Source of the DNA: Candidatus Poseidoniaceae archaeon
GTDB taxonomy: Archaea; Thermoplasmatota; Poseidoniia; Poseidoniales; Poseidoniaceae
Direction: 5' to 3'
NCBI GenBank assembly: GCA_943789275.1
Contig: CALSTM010000001.1
Location: 510,001 to 542,000 of the forward strand
Length of the DNA stretch: 32,000 nucleotides
Shown: positions 1 to 8,827 of the stretch, in pieces
Numbering within the stretch: the stretch's first letter is position 1
How the letters are laid out: each line of letters opens with the position of its first letter
Position numbers and translations under genes: made by a program
The notes under the pieces: model-generated
What the model saw: only the letters and a program-made list of their open reading frames with translations
Told to the model about the DNA's origin: nothing
Database searches by the model: none

Positions 1-2663
1 CTGTTCGAGAACAATCCGAGTTGGAAAACGCTGTCGTGACTTGAACGGCAATTGATGACATTGAACAATTGATAGAGAATAAACACCGAGAAAGTCATGG
101 TTTGAGCGTAGGCAAATTTCTCCGATGCATACGATTCAGCATCAGCCATTGCGGTAGCATCACCGGCAAGACATGCATCGATATCAAAACCAGTGAATGT
201 AGCAGCATCGGTCATTGGAATCGTATCGCAGGAGGACGGATCAAGACCGCCGCCGGCGAGGAAAAACACGGTCAAAGTGCCAGCAACCATAATGGCTCCA
301 AGCCAGAAAATAAGAGCAACATCACGGAAATTAGGCAAACCTTCGTTCACGGGACGAGGTGGACGTTCCATGACATTCCCATGCTTTTTCTCCACGCCCA
401 AAGCAACAGCGGGTGGACCATCCATGAGGATGTTAATGACCAAAATCTGGGTTGCGGTAAGTGGCAACTCCCAAGGCAATACAAGTGTGGAAAGAACAAT
501 GAGTGCAACTGCAGCAACATTGGTTGAAACTTGGTAACGGACGAAGTTACGTATGTTTTGGTAAATCTTACGCCCTTCTTCAACTGCATGGACAATGTTC
601 GCAAAGTTATCGTCTTGGAGCACCATGTCTGCGGCATCTTTCGCCACATCCGTACCTGCAATGCCCATAGCAATGCCGATGTTAGCCCGTGACAGGGCAG
701 GTGCGTCGTTCACTCCGTCACCGGTCATGGCCACAATTTCACCACGTTCCTGCAAACCGGAAACGATACGCATTTTTTGTTCAGGGGTCACACGAGAGAA
801 AATACTGGCTTGTGTGGCCGCTTCGGCTAATGCTTCGTCGCTCATCGAAGCCAATGCTGCCCCGTTGATTGGTGGGATACCGCCTTCAGTGATGTTGAGT
901 TCTTTACCGATTGCTTCAGCAGTGTACTGTTGATCACCGGTAATCATCTTGACGCGTATTCCGGCTTTCTGGCAAGTGGCAATCGCATCCTTCACTTCAG
1001 ACCGTGGCGGGTCCATGATTCCGACCAGTCCGAGGAAAATAAAACTCGATTCGACCACGTTGACATCATGGATGTCTTCGTCATCATCAAGGCGACGAGC
1101 ACAGAGGGCAAGAACTCTCATGGCTTGATTTGCCATTTCCTTGTTCGCATTCGATGCTTTTTCAAAGTCCTCAGGGGTAATTGGGACAATCTCACCATCA
1201 ACAACTTTCCATTCCACGAGAGGGACGTATCCGCCAGCCCCACCTTTGGAAAAGACCCAGCGTTCGCCTTCATATTCATGGATCACGGACATACGCTTAC
1301 GTGTTGTATCAAAAAAGAACTCGTGAATTCGAGAATGGCGTTGAGAGAATTTTCGAACATCACCGTTTATTTTCCATCCCAGTACTGCACATGCAGAATC
1401 GGTTGGGTCACCAATAGCTTGCCATTGGCCGTCAACTTTCGAAATTTGAGAATTGTGACACAAAGAGAGGCAGGCTGCCGAAAGTCGGAACGCCAAATCG
1501 CTTTGCAAATCACCCATTCCTTCATTGGTTACTTCCGTGCCGTCCAACGAAAGGTTGCCTACTGGTTTGAAACCCTCTCCAGATACGGTGAACGTCCCAT
1601 AGGTCGAACTAAATTGACGTACCGTCATTTGATTTTTAGTGAGTGTACCGGTTTTATCCGAGCATATTACAGTTGTTGAGCCGAGTGTTTCAACTGCCTT
1701 CATACGACGAATAATGGCCTTGTGACGAGCCATGTTCCGCATCCCTAAAGCAAGCGTAATGACCAAAATAATAGGTAATCCTTCGGGTACAATCGCAACG
1801 AAAATGGCGATGGCTATGATGAATTGGTCGACAGCCACTTCCCAAAGATTATCTTCTGCCACTCCGTAAGCAATGATGAGTTCAATCGAAACCAAAAGAA
1901 CGGCCACGACCAAGGCAATGAAACCTAAAAAGCGGCCAAGTGACTCCAGTTTCATCTCCAACGGGGTTTTCGGTGTTTCAGTGTCGACAATGTTGCTCGC
2001 AATACGGCCAAGCTCAGTCTGCATTCCTGTTTCGACGACAATACCAATTGCACGACCGGTCGATACACATGTCCCCATGTAAGCCATGTTGTTGCGGTCA
2101 GCCAAGAGCGTAGTTGCTGGTAGAGAGTCGGTTGATTTGAGAATACTGTTCGACTCACCTGTAAGTGATGACTCGTCAATTTTACACTGATACGATTCAA
2201 TAATTCGTATATCGGCTGGAACATTCAAACCTTCCTCAAGCTTGACAACATCTCCTGGAACTAAATCCGGAGTCGGAATGGACCATTCGATACCTTCGCG
2301 TATGACGACGCATGTCGAAACAGCCATTTGTTTCAATGCATCCATGGCTTGTTCAGCTTGCCCTTCCTGCCAGTATCCAAAAGTAGCGTTCGCTGTGAGT
2401 ACTATGAAGATAAAAATCGCATCCCCAGGATGGTCGGGCTTGATGGCAAGCGCAATGAGAGCCGCACCAATTAACAAGTAATTCAACGGGTCGTTGTATT
2501 GAGAGAGAAACCTGAGTATTGCCGATTTTTTTTCCGGCTCTTTGAGTTTATTCCTACCGTATTTTTCACGACGACTCTGTACTTCACTATTGGATAAACC
2601 ATCGGTGTTGGTGTCGAGATTGTGAAGTGTTTCATCAGAATTCAAGTCATGCCAAGTATTCAC
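1..2663 (-). CDS. Cation-transporting P-type ATPase, type II (Ca2+/cation-like). The C-terminus lies beyond the window start
   Basis: It is missing from the ORF track because no stop codon falls inside the window. Hand translation of the minus strand from GTG at 2663 gives one uninterrupted frame. That frame contains ICSDKTGTLT (phosphorylation site, ~1638-1667), IVPEGLP (TM4), MTGDGVNDAPAL (hinge, ~695-730) and NILMDGPPAVALG (TM6). No ORF in this frame appears in the track, which is consistent with the absence of an internal stop. Confidence 0.9.
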   Translation of the reverse strand, partial: MNTWHDLNSDETLHNLDTNTDGLSNSEVQSRREKYGRNKLKEPEKKSAILRFLSQYNDPLNYLLIGAALIALAIKPDHPGDAIFIFIVLTANATFGYWQEGQAEQAMDALKQMAVSTCVVIREGIEWSIPTPDLVPGDVVKLEEGLNVPADIRIIESYQCKIDESSLTGESNSILKSTDSLPATTLLADRNNMAYMGTCVSTGRAIGIVVETGMQTELGRIASNIVDTETPKTPLEMKLESLGRFLGFIALVVAVLLVSIELIIAYGVAEDNLWEVAVDQFIIAIAIFVAIVPEGLPIILVITLALGMRNMARHKAIIRRMKAVETLGSTTVICSDKTGTLTKNQMTVRQFSSTYGTFTVSGEGFKPVGNLSLDGTEVTNEGMGDLQSDLAFRLSAACLSLCHNSQISKVDGQWQAIGDPTDSACAVLGWKINGDVRKFSQRHSRIHEFFFDTTRKRMSVIHEYEGERWVFSKGGAGGYVPLVEWKVVDGEIVPITPEDFEKASNANKEMANQAMRVLALCARRLDDDEDIHDVNVVESSFIFLGLVGIMDPPRSEVKDAIATCQKAGIRVKMITGDQQYTAEAIGKELNITEGGIPPINGAALASMSDEALAEAATQASIFSRVTPEQKMRIVSGLQERGEIVAMTGDGVNDAPALSRANIGIAMGIAGTDVAKDAADMVLQDDNFANIVHAVEEGRKIYQNIRNFVRYQVSTNVAAVALIVLSTLVLPWELPLTATQILVINILMDGPPAVALGVEKKHGNVMERPPRPVNEGLPNFRDVALIFWLGAIMVAGTLTVFFLAGGGLDPSSCDTIPMTDAATFTGFDIDACLAGDATAMADAESYASEKFAYAQTMTFSVFILYQLFNVINCRSSHDSVFQLGLFSN

Positions 2664-2787
2664 GAAAATACACCCCACCTACTTGCGTAGGCGGTTGTTG
2701 GTACCATGGCGGACTTATGATAATAATGGTGGTCTTCCCTTTCGAGTCAAGCGATGAATTGAACAACTGCTTCGGGTTCGAGGGTCC

Positions 2788-4836
2788 ATGAGCGATTTGG
2801 GTGAGCCTTACATCCCAGCCTCAGAGTCTCCGAAAGAACTTACTTTACGTGTCGTTGTTGTTGGAATTGTTCTTGGAATTCTCATGACCGCTGCCAACGC
2901 CTATCTTGGATTGTATGCGGGAATGACAGTATCTGCAAGCATTCCTGCTGCAGTAATGTCAATGATAATTCTACGGACATTGTTCCAAGATGTGTCCATA
3001 CTTGAGAACAACGCTGTGCAGACCATGGCCAGCGCAGGTGAATCTTTGGCTGCCGGAATTATTTTTACCGTTCCCGCTCTCTTGGTCATCGGGATTTGGC
3101 AAGAAATTCAATGGCTCGACACCATGATTATTGCACTTCTTGGCGGATTATTAGGGACCATGTTCACCATCGCTTTGCGTCGGTTGTTCATTGTCGAAGA
3201 AGCTTTACCGTACCCAGAAGGTGTGGCATGCCGCGAAGTCCTCGTTGCGGGAGAAGAAGGCGGTGAAGGAGCATTAGCCATTCTCTACGCCCTTGCCATT
3301 GGGGCAATCTACGGACTGATGGTGAAGGGCTTTGAGGTGACTCACCACAAAGTCGAAGCCGCTTGGGAATTTCTGGGTACTCGATTTTCCGCTGGTATCG
3401 ACCTTTCAGTTGCGCTGCTCTCAGTTGGGTACATCGTTGGGATACGCATTGCGTCGTTTATTTTCCTTGGCGGTGTCATTGGATTTGCTATACTTGTTCC
3501 AATGTACGGACTCCTTCGTGGATGGCCCCCTGCACCCGATTTGGTGTCGAGTTTCACCATGATCTGGGTTACCCAAATCCGTTATGTGGGCGTAGGTGCA
3601 ATGGTCGTCGGTGGTGTTTACACGCTTTGGTCGATGCGAAAAACCATCTTGACTGGCCTTTCAAAAGCCCTTATCAAGAAAGACGACTCTTCAGAAGAAC
3701 TTCTAAGAACTGAAATTGACCTTCCATTGGATAAAGTCTTGATCTTTTGTGGGATACTGGTTATCCTCACCTTCCTCTATTATTGGTGGGCGACTGGCTC
3801 GCTTATCCTTGCTCTGGCAGGTGCATTATTCCTCGGAGTAGTTTCGTTCTTCTTTGCAGCTGTTGCAGGCTACATCGCTGGTGTCGTGGGGTCATCCAAC
3901 TCTCCAGTTTCAGGAATGACCATCGCCACACTGCTGTTCACCGTAGCACTGGTGTGGGTTGTTGGTGATTTCTTCCTTGGATTACAAACTCAAGAATTAA
4001 TGTTGGCAACAATGTTGATTGCCGCTATCGTTGCATCATCAGCAGCAATTGCTGGAGACGTCATGCAGGACCTCAAGACAGGTCACATGGTTGGTGCAAC
4101 TCCATGGAGGCAACAAACTGCAGAAATTATTGGTGTAGTGACCGGTGCAATTATCATTGGCCCGACATTACAATTGCTCCACAATGCATTCAGGATTTCA
4201 AAAACTGCTTGCGAAATCAATCCGTTACCTTCGGACCCGGGATGCGAAAAGGCGTTGTTTGCCCCACAAGCAGAATTGATCGGTGCCATTGTCCAAGGGG
4301 CTTTCGGAGGAGGTCTCAACGTCGAAATGGTGCTGTTGGGTGCTGTCATAGCAGTCGTACTGATTGTGCTCAAAATGCCTGTTATGAGTGTAGCTATTGG
4401 AATCTATCTCCCGCTGGCTCTCTCAGTTCCAATCATGCTCGGTGGAATAATCTCTTATTTTGCCCTCCACTCAGCCTATATTCGCATTGATGGTTCTCTT
4501 GAATCAGAGCCGTCTCCAGCTGCCAAAAAAGCTGCGAAAGAAGTCGAAAATCGTGGAGTTCTCATCGGCGCTGGATTCATAGCCGGCGAATCGTTGCTCG
4601 GAGTCTTCATTGCATTACTCGTTGTTAGCGATATCAATCTTAGCAAATTGTTTGGGGTTACCACCCTTGGAGATATCTTTTCGCTGATGTTCTTTGGATG
4701 GTTTGTAGCCGTATTCATCTGGTTAGCAACCCGGGCGTTGCCAAAAGGTGGAAATCTTGTGTATGAATCGAGAATCATTGTACTCAACGCTTGTCAAAAA
4801 TTCTTGAATGCCTTCAGACTCCGGAACTTGAAGTGA
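2788..4836 (+). CDS. OPT-family oligopeptide transporter (polytopic membrane protein)
   Basis: A 682-aa ORF with an ATG start. It is hydrophobic throughout, with many predicted TM helices. The N-terminal string ELTLRVVVVGIVLGILMTAANAYLGLYAGMTVSASIPAAV is typical of the prokaryotic OPT superfamily. Confidence 0.8.
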   Translation: MSDLGEPYIPASESPKELTLRVVVVGIVLGILMTAANAYLGLYAGMTVSASIPAAVMSMIILRTLFQDVSILENNAVQTMASAGESLAAGIIFTVPALLVIGIWQEIQWLDTMIIALLGGLLGTMFTIALRRLFIVEEALPYPEGVACREVLVAGEEGGEGALAILYALAIGAIYGLMVKGFEVTHHKVEAAWEFLGTRFSAGIDLSVALLSVGYIVGIRIASFIFLGGVIGFAILVPMYGLLRGWPPAPDLVSSFTMIWVTQIRYVGVGAMVVGGVYTLWSMRKTILTGLSKALIKKDDSSEELLRTEIDLPLDKVLIFCGILVILTFLYYWWATGSLILALAGALFLGVVSFFFAAVAGYIAGVVGSSNSPVSGMTIATLLFTVALVWVVGDFFLGLQTQELMLATMLIAAIVASSAAIAGDVMQDLKTGHMVGATPWRQQTAEIIGVVTGAIIIGPTLQLLHNAFRISKTACEINPLPSDPGCEKALFAPQAELIGAIVQGAFGGGLNVEMVLLGAVIAVVLIVLKMPVMSVAIGIYLPLALSVPIMLGGIISYFALHSAYIRIDGSLESEPSPAAKKAAKEVENRGVLIGAGFIAGESLLGVFIALLVVSDINLSKLFGVTTLGDIFSLMFFGWFVAVFIWLATRALPKGGNLVYESRIIVLNACQKFLNAFRLRNLK

Positions 4837-4917
4837 TTTCCTATCGTGTATCCATCCGAATGCAGGGAAAACCATCAAAGGTCTCCCGCCAAGGCACAGT
4901 ATTACGAGGGTCAACCA

Positions 4918-5751
4918 ATGTCCAAGTCCATCAGTGAATTAGAAGAAATTGCACGGAAATGCCGTGTTGAAATTGTCAAAATGGTTCACCGTGCTCAAGC
5001 GGGCCATCCTGGAGGTTCACTCTCGGAGATTGACCTCATATCTGCACTCTATGCGACACGGATGCGAGTTCGTCCCGACCAACCAGATTGGGAGGACCGA
5101 GATCGATTTATCCTCTCAAAGGGTCACGCATCTCCAGGGATGTACGCGATCTTAGCAGAAATGGGTTTTATCTCCCATGAAGACCTCAAATCATACCGCG
5201 TCCTCGGCGGAGTTTGCCAAGGTCACGTCGACATGAAATGGTGCCCTGGAGTCGATTTCTCTGCAGGTTCTCTTGGAATGGGGCTGTCGTTTGGAATGGG
5301 ATGTGCTACTGCTGCTCGACTCGATGCCAGCGAACGTAGAGCTTTCGTCATGATTGGTGATGGAGAAATGCAGGAAGGCAGCGTATGGGAGGCAGCAATG
5401 GCTGCTGCACATCATGAACTCGGTAATCTCAAAGTCATTCTTGACCGAAACCGAATACAAAACGATGATTTCTGTGAAGAACAAATGCGAATGTTTGACA
5501 TCCCAGCAAAGTGGAAGGCATTTGGATGGAACGTCAAAGAAATTGATGGCCACGATATGACTCAAGTCATGGAAGGTTTAGATTTCCTTGAAGCGCCTGA
5601 AAATTGCAACGGACCGTCAATTCTTATTGCCCACACCATCAAGGGCGCAGGTATATCCTACATGGAGAACAATCCTTCGTTCCATGGTGCTGCACCAAAC
5701 GACGAACAATTCCATCAAGCCATGGTCGAACTTGGAGAGGTGGAAGCATGA
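4918..5751 (+). CDS. tkt: Transketolase, N-terminal (thiamine-diphosphate-binding) subunit
   Basis: Motifs GHPGGSLS, LSKGHASPGMYA and GDGEMQEGSVWEA. I trimmed the start from the track's 4846 to the ATG at 4918 (MSKSISELEE...). The stop overlaps the next gene's start as ATGA. Confidence 0.9.
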   Translation: MSKSISELEEIARKCRVEIVKMVHRAQAGHPGGSLSEIDLISALYATRMRVRPDQPDWEDRDRFILSKGHASPGMYAILAEMGFISHEDLKSYRVLGGVCQGHVDMKWCPGVDFSAGSLGMGLSFGMGCATAARLDASERRAFVMIGDGEMQEGSVWEAAMAAAHHELGNLKVILDRNRIQNDDFCEEQMRMFDIPAKWKAFGWNVKEIDGHDMTQVMEGLDFLEAPENCNGPSILIAHTIKGAGISYMENNPSFHGAAPNDEQFHQAMVELGEVEA

Positions 5752-6686
5752 CACGGATGGCAGCAACACGTGACGGCTACGGCCAAGCACTCCTCGACCT
5801 CGCGGACAATCCGAAAGTGGTTGTTCTAGAAGCGGATTTAGGTAAATCCACCAAGTCTCTGCATTTCCGAAAGGCTCACCCAGAACGAACTGTATCCTGC
5901 GGTATCGGCGAACAAAACATGCTGTTGGTTGGTGCAGGTATGGCTGCTTCTGGATATATTCCATTCGCCAGTACGTTCGCTATATTCACCGAACGCGCCT
6001 TCGAGCAAATGAGAAACGGAGTTGCACGTCCAAATTTGGCAGTTCACCTTTGTGGAAGTCACGGTGGAACCCACACGGGTACAGATGGTTCATCTGCCCA
6101 ATCCATCGAAGACCTGGCCGTATTCCGGACTCTGCCAAACGTAACTGTTCTTCACCCATGCGATGACGTAAGCACTCGCATTCTCACCGCACGACTGGCC
6201 GAAACGAATTCACCATCCTACATGAGAACTGCTCGTAACAAGACCCCCGTCTTGTACGACGATGTTGACCCTGAGTCCATTCAAATCGGTAAAGGAATCG
6301 AATTGAAAGACGGAAATGATGTTGCCATAATCGCATGTGGGGTTTTGGTTTCTGAATCGCTCAAGGCTGCAGAGATGTTGATTGAAGAGGGCATCAATGC
6401 AAGTGTTATCGACATGCACACGCTCAAGCCACTTGATGGCGCTCTTGTCGACCAAATGGTCGAACGATGCGGGGCACTCGTGACTGCTGAAGACCACAAC
6501 GTCATCGGTGGCCTAGGAAGTGCGGTTGCCGAACACCTTGTTGCCAATGCATTCGCTCCTCTCGAAATGGTCGGTGTGCCCGACCGATTCGGAGAATCGG
6601 GTCAAGCCGACGAAATGTTAGACGTCATGAAGTTATCAGCAAAGTACATTGCCGAGGCTGCGAAGAAAGCAATCTCACGAAAGTGA
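5748..6686 (+). CDS. tkt: Transketolase, C-terminal (pyrimidine-binding plus C-terminal domain) subunit
   Basis: MTRMAATRDGYGQALLDLA..., GIGEQNMLLVGAGMA and HGGTHTGTDGSSAQSIEDLA are typical of the split archaeal/bacterial transketolase B subunit. The ATG at 5748 overlaps the upstream TGA (5749-5751). Confidence 0.9.
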   Translation: MTRMAATRDGYGQALLDLADNPKVVVLEADLGKSTKSLHFRKAHPERTVSCGIGEQNMLLVGAGMAASGYIPFASTFAIFTERAFEQMRNGVARPNLAVHLCGSHGGTHTGTDGSSAQSIEDLAVFRTLPNVTVLHPCDDVSTRILTARLAETNSPSYMRTARNKTPVLYDDVDPESIQIGKGIELKDGNDVAIIACGVLVSESLKAAEMLIEEGINASVIDMHTLKPLDGALVDQMVERCGALVTAEDHNVIGGLGSAVAEHLVANAFAPLEMVGVPDRFGESGQADEMLDVMKLSAKYIAEAAKKAISRK

Positions 6687-6710
6687 AAGTGCTGAAGTTA
6701 CATTAGCGAG

Positions 6711-7091
6711 ATGCACCGAGTGCAACTCATGACGGGTGAAGATACACTTGCTTCAACGATGAAAGCAGTTGATTCCTTTACCAATGAAAGGGACTGGAAG
6801 CAATTTCACACCGTCAAAAATTTGATGGCTTCCGTGTCCATTGAGGCGAGCGAACTCAATGAAACCATTCAGTGGAGCAACCCAAGCATCGAAGAAATTC
6901 TCGATAATCCAAAACTTACCGTTGACATCAGCGATGAATTGGCCGATGTCATGGTCTACTGTCTCCGATTATGCTCAGTTTTAGAGTTCGATCCCGTCGA
7001 GATCATGAAGAACAAAATCGAGAAAAACAGGGCCAAATACCCCGTAGAGAAGGCGAAAGGAAATTCGAAAAAATACACAGACTACGAATGA
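6711..7091 (+). CDS. MazG-like all-alpha nucleoside-triphosphate pyrophosphohydrolase (dCTPase/DCTPP1-like)
   Basis: [16 protein letters not shown]...EASELNE...DELADV matches the MazG/dCTPase signature (ERDW-QFH-KNL, ExxE and ExxD metal-binding helices). The start could instead be the in-frame ATG at 6729. Confidence 0.75.
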   Translation: MHRVQLMTGEDTLASTMKAVDSFTNERDWKQFHTVKNLMASVSIEASELNETIQWSNPSIEEILDNPKLTVDISDELADVMVYCLRLCSVLEFDPVEIMKNKIEKNRAKYPVEKAKGNSKKYTDYE

Positions 7092-7146
7092 CGAAGCCAA
7101 TGTTCACAGCAAATACTTGAAAGAGTGCCTTCCACATCCTCGCATC

Positions 7147-7809
7147 ATGGAGTTCTTCCTTGACACAGCCGACGTAGACGAAATTCGTGAAATTGCCGCA
7201 TGGGGTATTCTTGATGGTGTGACCACCAACCCTTCTTTGATTAAGAAAAGTGGTCGTGACTTCAAACAAGTGGTCGCTGAAATTGCTTCGATTTGCGATG
7301 GGCCAATATCGGCAGAAGTAACTGCAATGGACACTGAGGGGATGATTACTCAAGGGAGAGCATTAAAGGCAGAACTTCCAGATAATGTCATTATCAAAAT
7401 CCCGTGTACTCCAGAAGGTCTCGCAGCAACTAAAGTTCTCAATGGAGAAGGAATTGACACGAACGTCACTCTCATCTTTTCCGCGGCTCAAGCGCTTATG
7501 GCTGCTAAAGCTGGTGCAACATATGTATCTCCATTCATCGGTCGTATCGACGATACCGGGCATGACGGAATGACGCTGATTGCTGAAATCATGGACACTT
7601 GGGCAAATTATCCATACATTACCACAAAGGTACTCGCCGCTTCGATACGACACCCGACTCATGTGCTGCAGTGCATCCAACTCGGAGCACATACCGCAAC
7701 AATGCCTGCAAAGACATTCCGCCAACTCATGAAGCACCCACTCACCGATCGAGGCCTTGAAGGATTCATGAAGGACTGGGCAGAAGTAGAAAAGGCAGGA
7801 AATGCTTGA
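7147..7809 (+). CDS. tal: Transaldolase / fructose-6-phosphate aldolase family (short ~220-aa class)
   Basis: [42 protein letters not shown] (Schiff-base Lys context) and [11 protein letters not shown] trimmed the start from 7117 to the ATG at 7147. Confidence 0.9.
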   Translation: MEFFLDTADVDEIREIAAWGILDGVTTNPSLIKKSGRDFKQVVAEIASICDGPISAEVTAMDTEGMITQGRALKAELPDNVIIKIPCTPEGLAATKVLNGEGIDTNVTLIFSAAQALMAAKAGATYVSPFIGRIDDTGHDGMTLIAEIMDTWANYPYITTKVLAASIRHPTHVLQCIQLGAHTATMPAKTFRQLMKHPLTDRGLEGFMKDWAEVEKAGNA

Positions 7810-7881
7810 TTTTGACGAAGGCTATAGAGAAGGAGGCTTCTTGAAGGAAGGCTTCACCCGATTACTTACGGAGGCCGAGAG

Positions 7882-8457
7882 ATGACATCATCAAATGACT
7901 TGTTGAAGAAACTCTTAGCGGGTGACTTTTCACCTGAAGAAATTGCTGGTGACCCGGTTTTAGTGAGTCTTGCTGACCGTATTTACGGCATCAAAATCTC
8001 TCCAGTCACTCCAGTTAAACCGAGGGACGCTCAATCCATCGATTCTGCCATCGCCGCTCCAATCACAGAAGTGGCTCCCCCTACGGACATGCTGATCGAA
8101 GTGATTGGCGACATTGCCCCGGTAACGGCACTTCCTATGCCGTCAGCCGAAATACCCGTGGCCGCTGAAGTGAGGGTTGCAAAGAAATCCAACAACCTTG
8201 CACGATTGCTCATGGTCGGACTCGGAGCCGTGGTGCTGAACCTCTTCGGTGTTTGGTCGTCGGTGTTCGGTTCTATGTGTGAAGCAGGAGATTTGTGTCC
8301 AACCGATGGGTACACACGCATCAATTTGATGGAGGCATACAAAATCAACACCGGCTACGGTTGGTCAGAGCCTGTTCAAACAGGAATATACGGCATTCCT
8401 GATATCGTGGCAGTCGTTGTACTCACTGGTGCTCTCTTCCTCTCCATGCGAAAGTGA
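7882..8457 (+). CDS. Hypothetical membrane-anchored protein
   Basis: A 191-aa ORF preceded by GGAGG 7 nt upstream of the ATG. It has a soluble N-terminus, a Pro/Ala/Val-rich linker and two hydrophobic helices (LARLLMVGLGAVVLNLFGVW and IVAVVVLTGALFLSM). The helices flank a loop with two Cys. I recognise no family. Confidence 0.55.
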   Translation: MTSSNDLLKKLLAGDFSPEEIAGDPVLVSLADRIYGIKISPVTPVKPRDAQSIDSAIAAPITEVAPPTDMLIEVIGDIAPVTALPMPSAEIPVAAEVRVAKKSNNLARLLMVGLGAVVLNLFGVWSSVFGSMCEAGDLCPTDGYTRINLMEAYKINTGYGWSEPVQTGIYGIPDIVAVVVLTGALFLSMRK

Positions 8458-8468
8458 CCGGTGCTTCC

Positions 8469-8747
8469 ATGGACTTCACTTTCAACTCTGAGACGGTGGC
8501 ATTCCTTGGGATGTTTCTCATTCTCTGCGCTTTTTTTCTTGAGACGCAGAGCATCATACACAGTAAAGCCTCATCGTATCTCTTGCTCATGGCAGTTGGT
8601 TCTGGCATCCTTGCAATACGTGCATACCTGATTGAGGAATGGGCGTTCTTTATTCTGGAAGTCGCGTGGTTCATCACTGCTATGTTGGGTTTCTTTGCTC
8701 GTTCCTCGGCAACGAATTCCAAGAAATCATCTGATGAGATTGAATGA
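8469..8747 (+). CDS. Small hypothetical membrane protein with three predicted TM helices
   Basis: The ORF track starts this gene at GTG 8454, overlapping the upstream stop. I prefer the ATG at 8469, which has GGTG 6 nt upstream. The ~92 aa contain three hydrophobic segments. I cannot assign a family with confidence. Confidence 0.5.
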   Translation: MDFTFNSETVAFLGMFLILCAFFLETQSIIHSKASSYLLLMAVGSGILAIRAYLIEEWAFFILEVAWFITAMLGFFARSSATNSKKSSDEIE

Positions 8748-8827
8748 CTCGGTTCACCTTTTGAGAACTCCATTCTTGTTCTAGTTTGAGCGTCATCTTG
8801 ATGAGCGAGAGATGGCGAGTCCCGCCC

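Noticed and set aside
69-1679. Plus-strand ORFs of 152, 114, 112 and 249 aa from the ORF track
   Set aside because: They are antisense shadows of the minus-strand P-type ATPase. The ATPase frame carries unmistakable DKTGT, PEGLP and GDGVNDAP motifs. The plus-strand products are low-complexity, Cys/Ser/Arg-rich and match nothing.
2678-2691. Small inverted repeat cctac-ttgc-gtagg in the ATPase/OPT divergent intergenic region
   Set aside because: A 5-bp stem is expected by chance. It could be an operator half-site, but nothing else supports that.
4918-6686. Possibility that the split transketolase is a frameshifted pseudogene
   Set aside because: The two halves correspond exactly to the natural two-subunit transketolase arrangement. 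They are joined by a clean ATGA stop/start overlap, and both frames are intact.
8423-8773. 116-aa minus-strand ORF overlapping the small membrane-protein gene
   Set aside because: It is antisense to a hydrophobic ORF that has a plausible ribosome-binding site. It has no recognisable motifs or start context and is probably a shadow ORF.
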